Part shown: in pieces, positions 1 through 15,372 of the stretch | Position numbering within the stretch: position 1 is the stretch's first letter | Layout: each line of letters begins with the position of its first letter | Source: the human T2T-CHM13v2.0 reference genome, Homo sapiens | Assembly: GCF_009914755.1 (NCBI RefSeq) | Contig: NC_060928.1 | Strand: one strand, 5' to 3' | DNA: 64,000 nt | Made by a program: the position numbers and the translations under genes | The notes under the pieces: model-generated | What the model was told of the DNA's origin: nothing | Seen by the model: only the letters and a program-made list of their open reading frames with translations | Databases searched by the model: none

Positions 1-993
1 ATCTTAGGTATCAGGTGTTTAGAACATAAATTATCTTGGAATTCCAAAAAGTGGCAATGTGTTAAGCTGAAAAAATCAAAAAGTTTCACAGAAGAACTTA
101 GAAACTGAGGACCAAAGGAAATGACATAGAAATGAGTTTGGTGTCTTTGGGAGGCAATGAGTAAAGCTGTTCAGCTGGAGTGACGAATTATACAAAAAAG
201 GATTAAGAAACAATGGCCTTCTTGGTGTGTTTTGTGTGACTATGAAATAATTCAATTGATTTCATTGTGTGGCCTATGAAAAGAAGACTCATTAAGAAAT
301 AGTCACAACACATATTGCCAGTTGAAGCTTCTCAATGACTGCCCACCACATCCTGAAAGACAGATTCCCAATTAAGAATCTGACTAGTATAGAAAACCAC
401 TCACTAAGTATTTAACAGCGAAGACAAATGTTGTGTGGAAATCACTAAGAATGAGGTGTGTATTCTTCGTTATGTTTCTGCAAAGGCAAATGGAAGTGAA
501 GTTTATTATTTTGTGTAGTCTCATCTCACATCTCAACCAAACTTACAATCACTCTTCTGACCCTCCATTACATGATGATTGTCATTTACCTAAAAATGAG
601 CAGGGATTTTCCTCACAGAAGTCTTCTATCACAGGATGGCAATGTTACAAATAACTATCTCCCGATGTAACAATATTTGAATTTTTTGTCAATGTCATTT
701 ACCTATTGTAGTTGTGCTTTATTTTTACCCTTCATAGTAAGATATCAGTCCGTCATCCTTATTTTAATAGATGGTAAAATATGAAATATGCAATGTCTTT
801 AATGCAAAAACTAAGCCTGGGGCATAGGATTGGTGCTATATTCCAAGATGAGGACCATAAGAGAACACAGTTACTGAATTCAATTTTGGGGGAAAAGCTC
901 AATTGTCTTTTTAAAAATTCTTCGTTATTGGTTTCCCAGGTTCCAAGTGGCCTGAGTCTTCTGTCCTTCCCAGGGAAGTCTACTGAGAGTTTC

Positions 994-1054
994 TTTTTTT
1001 TTTTTTAATTTTATTATTATTATACTTTAAGTTTCAGGGTACATGTGCACAATG
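994..1054 (-). mobile_element. Ultra-short L1PA 3' end with poly(A) and TSD
   Basis: T-tract plus attatactttaagtttcagggtacatgtgcacaatgtg; TSD tgagagtttc at 984-993 and 1055-1064. Confidence 0.85.
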
Positions 1055-1478
1055 TGAGAGTTTCGTATTTTGAAATTCTATCTTTCAACCTCAAAAACCT
1101 TGCCAAAGTGCAGTAATATCATCCTGTACTCATAAGAACATAAGAAAACTTGATGGTCATGGCCCACTCCCTACCCAGCTTAGGAATCACCTTTACACAA
1201 CTCCATTTATGTACCATCCAGACCACATGTGTGTACAGGCAGGGGAAGCTCACCACATCCCAAGGCATCTGGCTCCACTTTTTTCCAAGCTCCATTTGGG
1301 GAATAAATTTCTTCCAAATGCTGCCTTCCTGGAATTTTAGTTCACTAATGTAAGCTGTGTTCTCTGAACTATACAGGGGAAACCTTGGTTGAAACGACTT
1401 TTCACATATTTGAAGTTGACTCTCATAAGCCAAAGCTTGTCTCTTTTCCATCCACAACCCCAATTTCTATTCTCTCGT

Positions 1479-1481
<3 letters not shown>

Positions 1482-1518
<37 letters not shown>
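1482..1518. repeat. (GT)n microsatellite
   Basis: About 18 perfect GT units. Confidence 0.97.
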
Positions 1519-1519
<1 letters not shown>

Positions 1520-1799
1520 CTTCAGTTACCAACAATCTCTTATCCCTTGTCTTTCAAGAGCACCAGTAATTTCCTCATAGCTCACTCAAGCGTGGCCTCT
1601 TCTTTAGCCTCATCCTCCTTCACATCCACATTAGAGTATTTGATATGGTTGACTTTCCCAAATCTTCCATCTAAAATCCACCCCCATTGTTGGCTTCCTG
1701 GCTTATTCTCTCCTTTTTACTCAACTTTGCCAGCTCTTTTTCTGACTCCCACACCACAAATATGTGTGCCACAAATAATCTACCTCTGTCTTTTTTTTT

Positions 1800-2020
1800 C
1801 ACTTTTTTTTGTCATGGTAAAATACATATAACAAAAAATTTATTATCCTAACCTTTTTTAAGGTAGCATTAAATACATCCACATTGTGCAACCATCACCA
1901 CCATGCATCTCCAGAATTCTTTTCATCTTGCAAAACTAAAACTCTATACCCATTAAACAATAACTCCCTACTTGCCTCTCCTCCCAGCCCCCATTCTGCT
2001 TTCCATCTCTATGACTTTGT
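1800..2020 (-). mobile_element. Old L1M (L1MB-like) 3' end
   Basis: Resembles L1MB 3' UTR (ggtaaaatacatataac...tgcaaccatcaccacc...cccattaaacaataactcc). Confidence 0.7.
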
Positions 2021-2210
2021 CTCAGTCACAGACATGACCAAAAAAGTCAGTCATTTTCTTTTTTGTAATGTCACATAGTCTCACAAAACATCCATGGAAT
2101 CAATATTTGATCAAACATTTACTGAGGATTTATTGCATGCCAGGCACTATGCTAGACCCTGAAATTATAATCAGTGAAATGATTCAGGTATATTTCCAGC
2201 CCTATTTTCT

Positions 2211-5655
<3,445 letters not shown>

Positions 5656-5724
5656 AGCCCTACATTCTAAGCAGACGAATAGCCAAACTGGCTAGTAATT
5701 GGAATTTCCTGCAGTGTCTTTTTT

Positions 5725-5875
5725 TGTAGTAAACTTTTTATTTTGGAACAATTTTATATTTACAGAAAAGTTGCAAAGTGCAGGGAATTCTCACACACCC
5801 TTTACCCACTTTCAGCTTCCTCTAATGTTATCATCTCATATCACTGTGGTAAATTTATCAGGACTAAGAAAAAAC
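5725..5875 (-). mobile_element. Old L1M (L1MC/MD-like) 3' end fragment
   Basis: tttattttggaacaattttatatttacagaaaagttgcaaa... is typical of an L1M 3' terminus. Confidence 0.6.
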
Positions 5876-5904
5876 TATCACCTCACACATATAGTTCTCC
5901 TAAA

Positions 5905-6165
5905 GCCAGAACCTTGGGCAAGTTGCTTAATCCCTTTGTGTTTCATATCCTACTCTATAAATGGGAATAATAATGATATCAACCTAGCTCCTGTGTTAGA
6001 TGAATGTTATGTAGATGAAATGAATTATTATGCTCTTAGAACAGTGTCTGGCACATATTACACAACTGTTCTGCTATTATTTTTATTGTGAAGATCAAAT
6101 GAGATAATGGGTATTAAAATGCTTTTACAATTATAAAGCTTCCCCAAAATGTAAGTAACTATGTT
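5905..6165 (+). mobile_element. MIR fragments
   Basis: accttgggcaagttgcttaa...ctataaatgggaataat...cttagaacagtgtctggcacata: MIR core and tail. Confidence 0.7.
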
Positions 6166-9100
6166 GATATTCTATAGAGAAGGTCAAGGAGATACCTGAA
6201 TACGTAGTAACATCCTGTGTCTGTCACCCTGAGATGAGACCAGTTGAGTGTCAGAAACTCAGATGGCATTTCAGTAGGAAGGTGATCGTGAACAAGTCAA
6301 GTGTAAGTGTCCTGAAAGTGCTTAATTCAGCTCTGATGACAATTTCCTGGTGGTGCTACAGGCTTTCTGCACCAGAAGACAGAGGGAAGTGGTTCTCGCC
6401 TATTCTAGGATGGCCTGGACCATGCAGCTCACTCCAAAGATTAGAGAACAAAGATCTGTGTGTAATGTGCTTAAATTTAACCACTAAAGAGTTCAGACAA
6501 TTGATTGTTATGAAATCGTTATATGTAATACTAAATAAGCTAGAGATTCTCAACACTAACAACTCAGGCTGCAGTCAGCCTCCAAAGCGAAGCTATCTCC
6601 ATTTCTATAGGAGCCGCCAAAAGTTTGTTTTTCTTTTTAATACTAAACATAAACCCATGAATACAACAATTTGATTACTCGCCATTAATGAAAACCATTT
6701 CTGTTGAAAACAATTCTAATCACACAAGAGAGAAAATCATCTGACATCTCACAGAATTCAAGGGTGTTTTTAAATAAACCACTGGAGAGTGTCCTGAGTC
6801 CATTGCCCTTCCCTCCCCAACTTAGACACTTATTTTAAAAGTTTACATTTCGACCAGTAAAATCTGCCCTGAACCAAACATGTAGCAGTCTGAATCCTCA
6901 ATACAAAACATGAGAAATAGAAGAAATGCTATGGGAAAAAGAAAAGCCTTTTGTGAAAGAATCTCTAGCACTGCCAGCAGCAAGTCCCATATAATAAGGG
7001 ATGGAGAAACCTGTCCTTCTACCACATCCCTGAATCTGGGCTCAGTGTTTTGCCAACAAGAAATACAATTTTTTTTTTTTTTTACTTAACCTGTTGTTAT
7101 TTTACTGGCTGGGCATCTTCCACCAACAGCCACTTACATTCATTCATTCATTTAATTAATACATTTTGAGGTCCTACTATGTGTCAGGCACTCCTTATGC
7201 AACTCTTCAAAAACTAAATAAAGTTAAACAAGTGAATGAATCCACAGTCTTGCGAAGACGAAAATGTTATATTAGTAGTTCATCCTGTTATGCAACTAGC
7301 TCATCACTTTAAAACAAGGAGGCTGAATATGAATACTGTTAAACTTCCCATCCCCATTTTGTAATTAATACCTCTAGTCTATGAGTCAGGTAAGTAACAT
7401 ACTACATATCCTCAGGAAAGAAAATGTAGAGAATAAATGAAAGCATTTCATGGTTATTTGACCTTGTTTAATTGATGTGAATTAAGATTAAATATTGCCT
7501 CTCCCTCCAACCATCTAAAAAGGTCTTTCATTGTTTCTTTAAATTATAACAATTAGATATACAGTTGAAATACTAAGATTTTTTTTAAGATATAAATATA
7601 TCTGGAAAGGTTAGCCATCTTGAGCAATATAAAACATATGAATTTTAATCCAATTGCTTTCCTCTTAAATTTGACTTGTGAGCATTCTTGACCAACTTAT
7701 GTGTGATTCTTTGCAGATCCAGTATCAGCTGGGGTCTGGCACTGCCTAAGATCAATAAGCATAAAAGCAGGATAGGGTAGGGTTGAAAGCACATATGGAG
7801 TCAAAAAGATCAGAATTTGAGTTCTAGGCATATACTATGTTTTAGGGAAGCTACTTAATCTTTCACAGTGTTAGTTCCCACATACGTAAAGTCTTTTTTT
7901 TCCCAGGTGCTGTTGCTACTCTAAGATGGACCTGGAGGACCTCCTGATTACGAGCCATCTCCAACCTAAGAAAGCCTAGCAATACATGATTAGGGAACAG
8001 GGAAAAAGAAACATGAAGCAAACCAGCAAACCACTCATCTGGACCTTACACAAAAGGTGGGGCCAGCTTGTCCCCCAGCTGTAGGGAATAAGGTAAAAGG
8101 AAGTCTAGATATTTCCAGAGTATTTTAACAAATTCCCCAGATAGGAAACCATGTAATATTTTAAGTCTATCTTGTAACAAAAAGCATGAATTTGTCTAAA
8201 TTACAAAACCCCCTGCCTCCAATTCCTAGGATATCCTGCAGAGATAGAACTGTATCAATAATTCAGGATTCCGACTAATGCCCTCATTTTGGAAATCATG
8301 TTCTTATCCAGACAATATTTCCTTTAGAACTGCACAAAATTAACTTTTTGTTTGAGATATTTGAGTCTTAGTGCTACACAAAAAAAATGGTAGCTATTAA
8401 TTTGTCCACCTTTTAATTCTTCTCCCATTTTTTCCTTCACCACTACCAAGGAAGAATTGTCACTATTAGTGAATTTTCCCCTAATCACTCCAGCCTGTAA
8501 TAAATTATCCTTTTCTGAGATCATATTTAATCTGTACGATGCAATTTAAACTTCCTTAAGGATTGAACTATTATACAATGTTTCATTTGGAATGAACATT
8601 TCTATTCTATGTAAATCTTTCTAGAAAGACAATGGCCTACAATTAGACTTTTCTCATTAATGTTTAATACAGTTTTAGACACACTGTAAACAGTATTAGA
8701 CATACTTTAAAATGGTAAAATTTAACATGGTAAAAATTTTTAGGTCTGCCTTCCTCACTATCACGTGTTTAGAAATAATGATAGTACTTTTCATCAACCT
8801 GCCAAGCACCGTGCCATGAGCAAAAGAGTTATGCATTTGGATATGTTAATGTTTTGCTAATTGCGATAGTCAGCAACCAACTTTCATGAACAAAACTCAT
8901 ACCTGGTCTGCCTATTTGGCAAAACCAGAGTCAGCTGCCATCTTGGCAAGGAGCTGTGTATCAAAAGTAAGTCATCGTTAGCAAATCTGAAGACATTAAA
9001 GATAGGATACTGAGTTCTGGGAGAAAGCGATTCTTACATTTTCATTATCAAAGCTAGGAAGTGTGTGTCGGGAGAGAGGGAGTGGATGTGAGTGTGTATG

Positions 9101-9189
9101 TGAGGAAACACAAAAGTTCACATCAAGATCTCTGTGATACACTCTGAGAAGCTACTGACCTAGAAGGACTTCCTGGACTATCCCCACTG

Positions 9190-9290
9190 ACATTCATTCA
9201 TTCAACAAGTATTTATTGAGCACCTACTATACATAGGAACTGGGCTATAACTGTAAACAATCCCTGCCATCGTGGAGCTTACATTCTAAG
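9190..9290 (-). mobile_element. L2 3' end
   Basis: cattcattcattcaacaagtatttattgagcacctacta... is the L2 terminus. Confidence 0.75.
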
Positions 9291-10379
9291 GAAACAATTC
9301 AAAGCACTTTTGAAAGCATGGCCATGGTGGGCAAATTCCTGCCCTATTTTCCTTTTGCTTGCCTCCATAATAGTGGTGACTATTATGGCAGTTTCCTTTG
9401 ATCAAAGTACAAACTCTAACACTCCAATTAGCTTAATAAACACTGATTCTAGTTCTTTTTAGACAAATACCTATGAAATAATTGAAAAGTTATCTGAATA
9501 TTCACAAAGTTAAAATAGTAATAATACATTGAATATTACCTGCCAATTATTCTTCTAAAATCTTTTTCTGCATTTTCTCATTTTATCCTCAAAATAATTC
9601 TGTGTCTCTAAATGATAGTTATCTTTATTAACATTCTATAGGTGAGAAAATTACACAAAAGGAGTTTAAGCAACTTTCTCAATGTTACAAGGCAACCATT
9701 ATAGAATAAAAATATTTATGCATGGCTATCTGTTCTTGAGCATCTGAAAAAATTATTTTGTCCTAAGAAAACTTTCCTAAATTAATGTATTTTTCTTATA
9801 GAGAAACAACTTTTGACATTGCATCATCATCCATTATTCTAAAATGACAGTTTTATTTATTTTTAATTAAGGCAATTATTTATATAATTCAAATAAATCT
9901 GACAACCCGATTTTCATGAGATTTCCTAAAATATTAAAATTACCTTCTAAATATTTTATTTTACTCTGCTAGTGCAGTCTAACTTCTGTGTCTGATATCA
10001 ATGCTAGGCAAGTGCAGTAAAGCTCTTCATTGCATGAAATTAGGATCAAAATTGGCAGAGGAAGAAGAATCTGTAGAGGCATTTATTTTTTCAAAAGTAG
10101 ATATGCATTTTACTTTTGCAGCTTTATTTTTTACATTTGTTCCTTTTTGACAAACCCAGTCAAAATAAAACTTTTTTGAGGATTTTTATCTATTACCTAT
10201 TTCATAACTAGCGGGAGCAGGAATTTGAGAAATGAAGGCAACAGAAAGTCTTCCCATTAATTAGTAGAGCCTGATGACATTCGGGAAGTATCCAGAATCA
10301 AAATGTCAAAAAATTTTAAGAGGTATTGATAACAATGAATGATTTGTCCTGTGCTTTCCTACTGTCTATTATAATAACT

Positions 10380-10605
10380 CATGCTTATTCTATGTTTGGG
10401 GCACATTTTGAGTGGCTTTACATAGTATTGCATTTAATTCACGTAATTGCATTGGTCCTATTACTATTAGCTTTTACAGGTGAGTAAACTGGGCCAAGGA
10501 GGTTTAAGAGACTTGCCCGAAGTTTCAGAGCTAGCAAGTCACAGCACCAGGAGGCCATGCCCCAAAGGTCTGGTTCAGAGTCTACAGGCTTGACCACTAC
10601 ATGAC
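10380..10605 (-). mobile_element. MIR
   Basis: ttttacaggtgagtaaactgggcc...gacttgccc: MIR core on the minus strand. Confidence 0.65.
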
Positions 10606-11210
10606 CCTGCCTCAAGATATGCTCTTTTTACCCATTTTCAGTAATTGCCATGTGGGTTCTATCAGGGAGACTATGAAGCGATGTCACCCCTTCTCCATCT
10701 GCCCAAAGGAGCATCCTCTAGGTGTTGGTGCACTAAGCAGACTGGAGAATATACAGGAGTCACCCACAAATTCAAGGATAGAGTCAGACTAGAATAGAAT
10801 CAGAATAGACACTGAGTGACACAGGCCAGACACAGTCCAAAATAAAGCACCTGGTCTGACCAATACCAACTGAACATTATTAGTCAGGCTAGCCTGGCCC
10901 TGAGCTAGGAGAAGCAGGGTTTCCTGGAAGCAAGGAAGAGCCAGGAGTCCAAGAATCTGTCAGAGAATAGCCAGAGCCAGGGATGGCACAGATGTATGGG
11001 TAGGCAGTAGGGAAAGCAAAGGTGTAGGAGACAGCTAGGATGAGCTTACATGCTTTTTAAATAAGTCAAAAGAAATGGTTTCCAGTATTGGTTTTTCCTG
11101 TTATATGCAACGCAACGTCTCTGCACTGGAGTGTCCTATCTCTCCCTAGACAGGACATTCTGCACTTGAATGTCCTATCTCTCCCTACCTAATTCAGCAA
11201 CAAATATTTA

Positions 11211-11476
<266 letters not shown>

Positions 11477-12068
11477 ATACAGTAGAGAAATACGAGCCCA
11501 TTTTGGAAAATCTCATTTTTTGAGAAAGTAAGATTAAATGGCTCAGGATTTCTACTGACTTAGAAAATGCCTTTAAACAGTTTTAGAAAATTAAACCAAA
11601 TTAATGCATATAAAGAATATCGATAACACATAAACGTGTAATTTATATTTATATTAAATGTATTTGTACCATATAATCTGCTTATGGTATACCTTCTTTT
11701 TATATCTCCAACCCCACTTCTGTCTTTATAAAATTTCTCAAAGAAAGTAGTACCTAATTTGCATATGTTAGAATGGAAATTATCCTGTAAAGATGCATCT
11801 ACTAAATGCCAGATGTATTTAAGGAGCATCTACATTTGTAATAGACATAAGCCATTTCTAATTTAAATCACATGTTATTTTGTTTACTTTTTGAAAAGAA
11901 TGTGACATGGAAAGGGCATCACCATCTAATGAAACCTCTTCATTTTACAAATTAGAAAAACAATGCCCAGAAAGTTGTAACTTACAGACATCTCGGAGTC
12001 ATGAAGTGGCAGAGCTGGAACCAGGGCTCATGTCTGCTCAATGCCCACTCTCATCGCATTTCCACCAT

Positions 12069-12070
<2 letters not shown>

Positions 12071-12108
<38 letters not shown>
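12071..12108. repeat. (CA)n microsatellite
   Basis: About 19 CA units. Confidence 0.97.
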
Positions 12109-12112
<4 letters not shown>

Positions 12113-14362
12113 CTAGTGTCTCATGCATCTTATTGCTCACATTCTTTTCAAAAAGTAAATAGAACAACATGTGACATAATTTAGGAAGGGGACTTAAAAG
12201 TAAAGTGTGTATGACAGAAATAGGGCCACTTAATGGAAACAGCGATGCCAACAAATTACGTTCCTTAGCATTTTGCAAGAAATAGAGCTTTAAGGGGATC
12301 TAGAGACCAAATTCAATTTCCCAAGCCAATCATTTAACAGGGCGGTTGTACATTTAGGTTACCCTGAGTGTACAATAGCACTGGATTCGAGTTTTGCTTT
12401 TTGATTTTCATTTCTGTCTTTTGACAAGTTTTGTGATAGTAAAGGGGAAAGAATGTCCATCGACTTTCAATAGTCATTTCTACTATGACACTTCTGCTAA
12501 AACATCACCCTAATTTAGGCCCCAAGTAGCTCATGCCCAGATTATACCTATGAGACAATCAGGTCCTCTGGCCCACAGGCGCCCCCCCTTCCTATACTGC
12601 ACCTCACTGACAGATTTATCACCTTTAAACCATTGTTTGCATCATATCACTCCCAGTCAAGCCCTGTGATGGTGTGTGTTTAATAGCTTATTGATTCTTT
12701 TCCAAATATTCTAATCTGGCTTCTTCAGTTCTTCATAATCTGTCTGCCTCTCAGAAATTCTACTCTTTCCAGTAAAGCATGCTCATTCGCATCGCCAACC
12801 CTTTACTAAATGCTTTTTCCCTTGTCTCTGTTCCCTCTTTCCTCTCTACTATTGCAAACTCTACCCAAGCCTCAAGGCACGCATTCGTGTCCTCCATTCA
12901 GCCTTTCCCCACTATTCCAGCCCCCGCTGTTGAGCTCTTTCTCCCTTTTCTGATTCCATGAATTTTTCCACAGGTTACCCTGCTGGGCTTGCATTTCCAA
13001 ATTCAGTGCAAGTTCTAGGGCAGGAATCATGTTTTATTTTAGGAATCTCATGAGCCCTTTCCCCACCTCCATTGCTACATACCTCAGCACCTTGCTGACT
13101 ACGACAGATTCTCAGGGAATACTTTGACTGTTGGATAGTTTAGACACGGTGGAGGAAGAGAATGTCAGCTACTTGCAAGCAATGCTGGCAAAAGCATCAG
13201 TACTATTTCTAGGGTTAAGTCTCAACCCCATTGCTCTTCTTCATGAATGTACACATTCACTCTACCACTAAATTGTTACTGACTCCTTCCTCTTCAGCGT
13301 TTGTTAAATAAGTTTATTTTCTCTAACCTTGGTCCTAAGTCTGATCCACCTCCAAGCAAGTTCACTGTACCTTTTTAGCCACCTCTCTTACTCCAAGGAC
13401 ACAGTCAAATGAAAGTTTTCATTTAGGCTCCCCCTCTTTTTCCTCAATAAGAGGAATTCCCATTCTTTTTCATTTGTGGTGTCCCCTTCCCAGGCTTGAA
13501 GGTAGGAGTGATATCGTGGTGACACTTCAGCTGTGGAGACTCTCCTCCTACCACATAAATGCTCCAAACCCAGATGTGTCTACAGCCCAGCTAAGATTAG
13601 AAAATGTTACTGGTTTCCCTTCCCTTCTCTGCCCCGCAAAATGACCATGATGCAGAGAGCATGCTTTGAAGAGTTGGGATTTTTTCCTACTTAGAAGCCT
13701 TCTCACTACCTTCCCTCGGTGGAGGGGAAGGGGAAGCCTGCTTCCAGCCACATCTGAAGTTCCAGCTCTGCTTTGTGAGTTCTGACTCCTAAGGAGGCAG
13801 GAGAGACCCTCTGGAGGGCTCTAGGCATCCTGCTACTCCTCCTCCCGCTGGCACTCTTCCCTAACGCCAGGTGATCACACCTTCAGTCAAAGAGTTTCCG
13901 TTCTTCTGCCTCCTGCAGGATATGCTTCTTGGTCTATACTACCACGTGAGCTTCTTTAGTGGGTTTCCCTGCTCGCCCCTGCCCCCACCCCCCGACCCTC
14001 ACTTGCGAGCACAGCGCCTCACCCCGGTGGACAGCCCGCCGGCGCCGCCAGGCCCTCTGCTGTGCGCACAAGTCAGCAGCTGGCGGCCTGCTCGCAGCAC
14101 TGGCAGCGAGGACCTCGGAATCGCTTCCGCCCTCGGGCCTTCTCACGCGTCTAGGGACTGCCTCCAGCAGGTGCAGCCCCAGGTGCCCAATTGCCAGATC
14201 TTTAACCTCGCGCTCTCCCAGCCTTCAAAGTTCTCCAACCCGCGCCTGCCAGCCCCAGCGCGCCCTCTTGTCCAGATGCCAGCTCGGTTCAGGGTTCGCC
14301 CTCCCCGCGACTCCAGCCCCAGACTTTCCTCCTGGTTTCCAGTGCCCAGCACGGCCACTTAC

Positions 14363-14426
14363 CCAGGGCAAGGGCCAGGAGCAGTGGCAGGGAGCTGGCG
14401 CCGCTGCACCGGGCGGCCCGGTCCAT
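14363..14426 (-). CDS. BTC: Betacellulin (probetacellulin) coding part of exon 1; 64 nt, signal peptide start, phase-1 intron follows
   Basis: Reverse complement reads ATG GAC CGG GCC GCC CGG TGC AGC GGC GCC AGC TCC CTG CCA CTG CTC CTG GCC CTT GCC CTG G|GTAAGT = MDRAARCSGASSLPLLLALAL-G, the recognised N-terminus of human betacellulin. A consensus donor GTAAGT follows at 14362-14357. Too short for the ORF track. Confidence 0.97.
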
Positions 14427-14720
14427 CAACCCCGCTCTGCCGGGCCGGGCAGCCCCTAGACAAGTCTCCCTCCTTCTTCGCCCCCTTCCCGGGCCTCGGG
14501 CGCCTGAGAGGGTGCCTGGAAACTAATCCCGGAGGCAGAAGGAAACGAAACTACTTCCCAGGCTGGCACCCTGGCTACAAGGCAGGGAAACACCCAGGGC
14601 GGGAGGCCGGCCGGCTCCGTGAATGTCGCCGGGAGGAGGGAGCCTCCTATTCATCCCCCCTCCTCCTGCACACACCCCGCCAAAGAGGCGCAGGACTTGG
14701 TCCTGGGAGCCTCCACGCTG
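14427..14720 (-). other. BTC: BTC exon 1 5' UTR / TSS zone (5' end uncertain)
   Basis: GC-rich sequence directly upstream of the ATG. The TSS cannot be fixed from sequence alone. Confidence 0.6.
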
Positions 14721-15116
14721 CTCCCACCCAAATTGCCCCACACCCATACCCACACCCAGGGACATATTCGGGCTGCCCTCGGACCAGCTCACCACTCCCC
14801 CTGCTGGGTCTCACCTGACTGACTGTTCATTTCCCTACCCCCTAGGGCGTAAACAAGGTAGGGAGGGAGATGTAAAGAATCCGCGTGGAGGGGTGTCGGG
14901 GGTTCCGGTCGGGCCTGCAGGCTGACCTAAACTCCTGGAAGCCACCGAGGAAGAGTCAGAGACCCAAACGTGTTCTGGAATTCTAACTTCCTTTATTTCA
15001 GAGGATTGCTAGTGTCATGGAGAAACCAGACTCACCATTCATTGTGGTTGACTTCAGGCATTTGATAATGCAGGCAATTTCAAAAGAGTCATTGTTGCCT
15101 TTTAAAGTCTTGAAGC

Positions 15117-15372
15117 CATAGCGAAACCTCGTCTCTACAAAAAATACAAAAGTAAATTAATAGCCGGGTATGGTGGTGTGCACCTGCAGTCCCATCCATT
15201 CCCTGAGGCTGAGGTGGGGAGGATCGCTTAAGCTTGGGAGATGGAGCCTTCAATGAGCCTAGATCGAGCCACTTCACTCCAGCCAAGGCGCAAGAGTGAG
15301 ACACTGTTTCAAAACAACGACAACAACAACAACAACATCAGCAACAAAAAAAAAAAAAGAAAAGAAATGAAA
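15117..15372 (+). mobile_element. 5'-truncated AluJ-like element with (CAA)n/A tail
   Basis: Divergent Alu; TSD aaagtctt(g/c)aagc at 15104-15116 and 15373-15385. Confidence 0.88.

Larger units (their letters stand above)
13930..14930. promoter_or_regulatory. CpG island / TATA-less BTC promoter
   Basis: Sharp rise in GC and CpG against the AT-rich surroundings. GC box GGGCGGGAGG at ~14597, CACCC boxes at 14720-14760, E-box CACGTG at 13943-13948, no obvious TATA. Confidence 0.9.

Noticed and set aside
12575-12595. GCGCCCCCC as a CTCF site
   Set aside because: Only half of the motif matches.
14549-14572. ACTACTTCCCAG as a ZNF143/THAP11-type promoter motif
   Set aside because: Spacing between ACTAC and CCCA is two bases shorter than the consensus, so the match is weak.
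13871-14818. 315-aa plus-strand ORF antisense to BTC exon 1, plus overlapping ORFs 13959-14459 and 14623-14925
   Set aside because: Starts at GTG, is Pro/Arg/Gly-rich with no recognisable domain, and spans the CpG island where stop codons are scarce. Expected artefact without Ribo-seq evidence.
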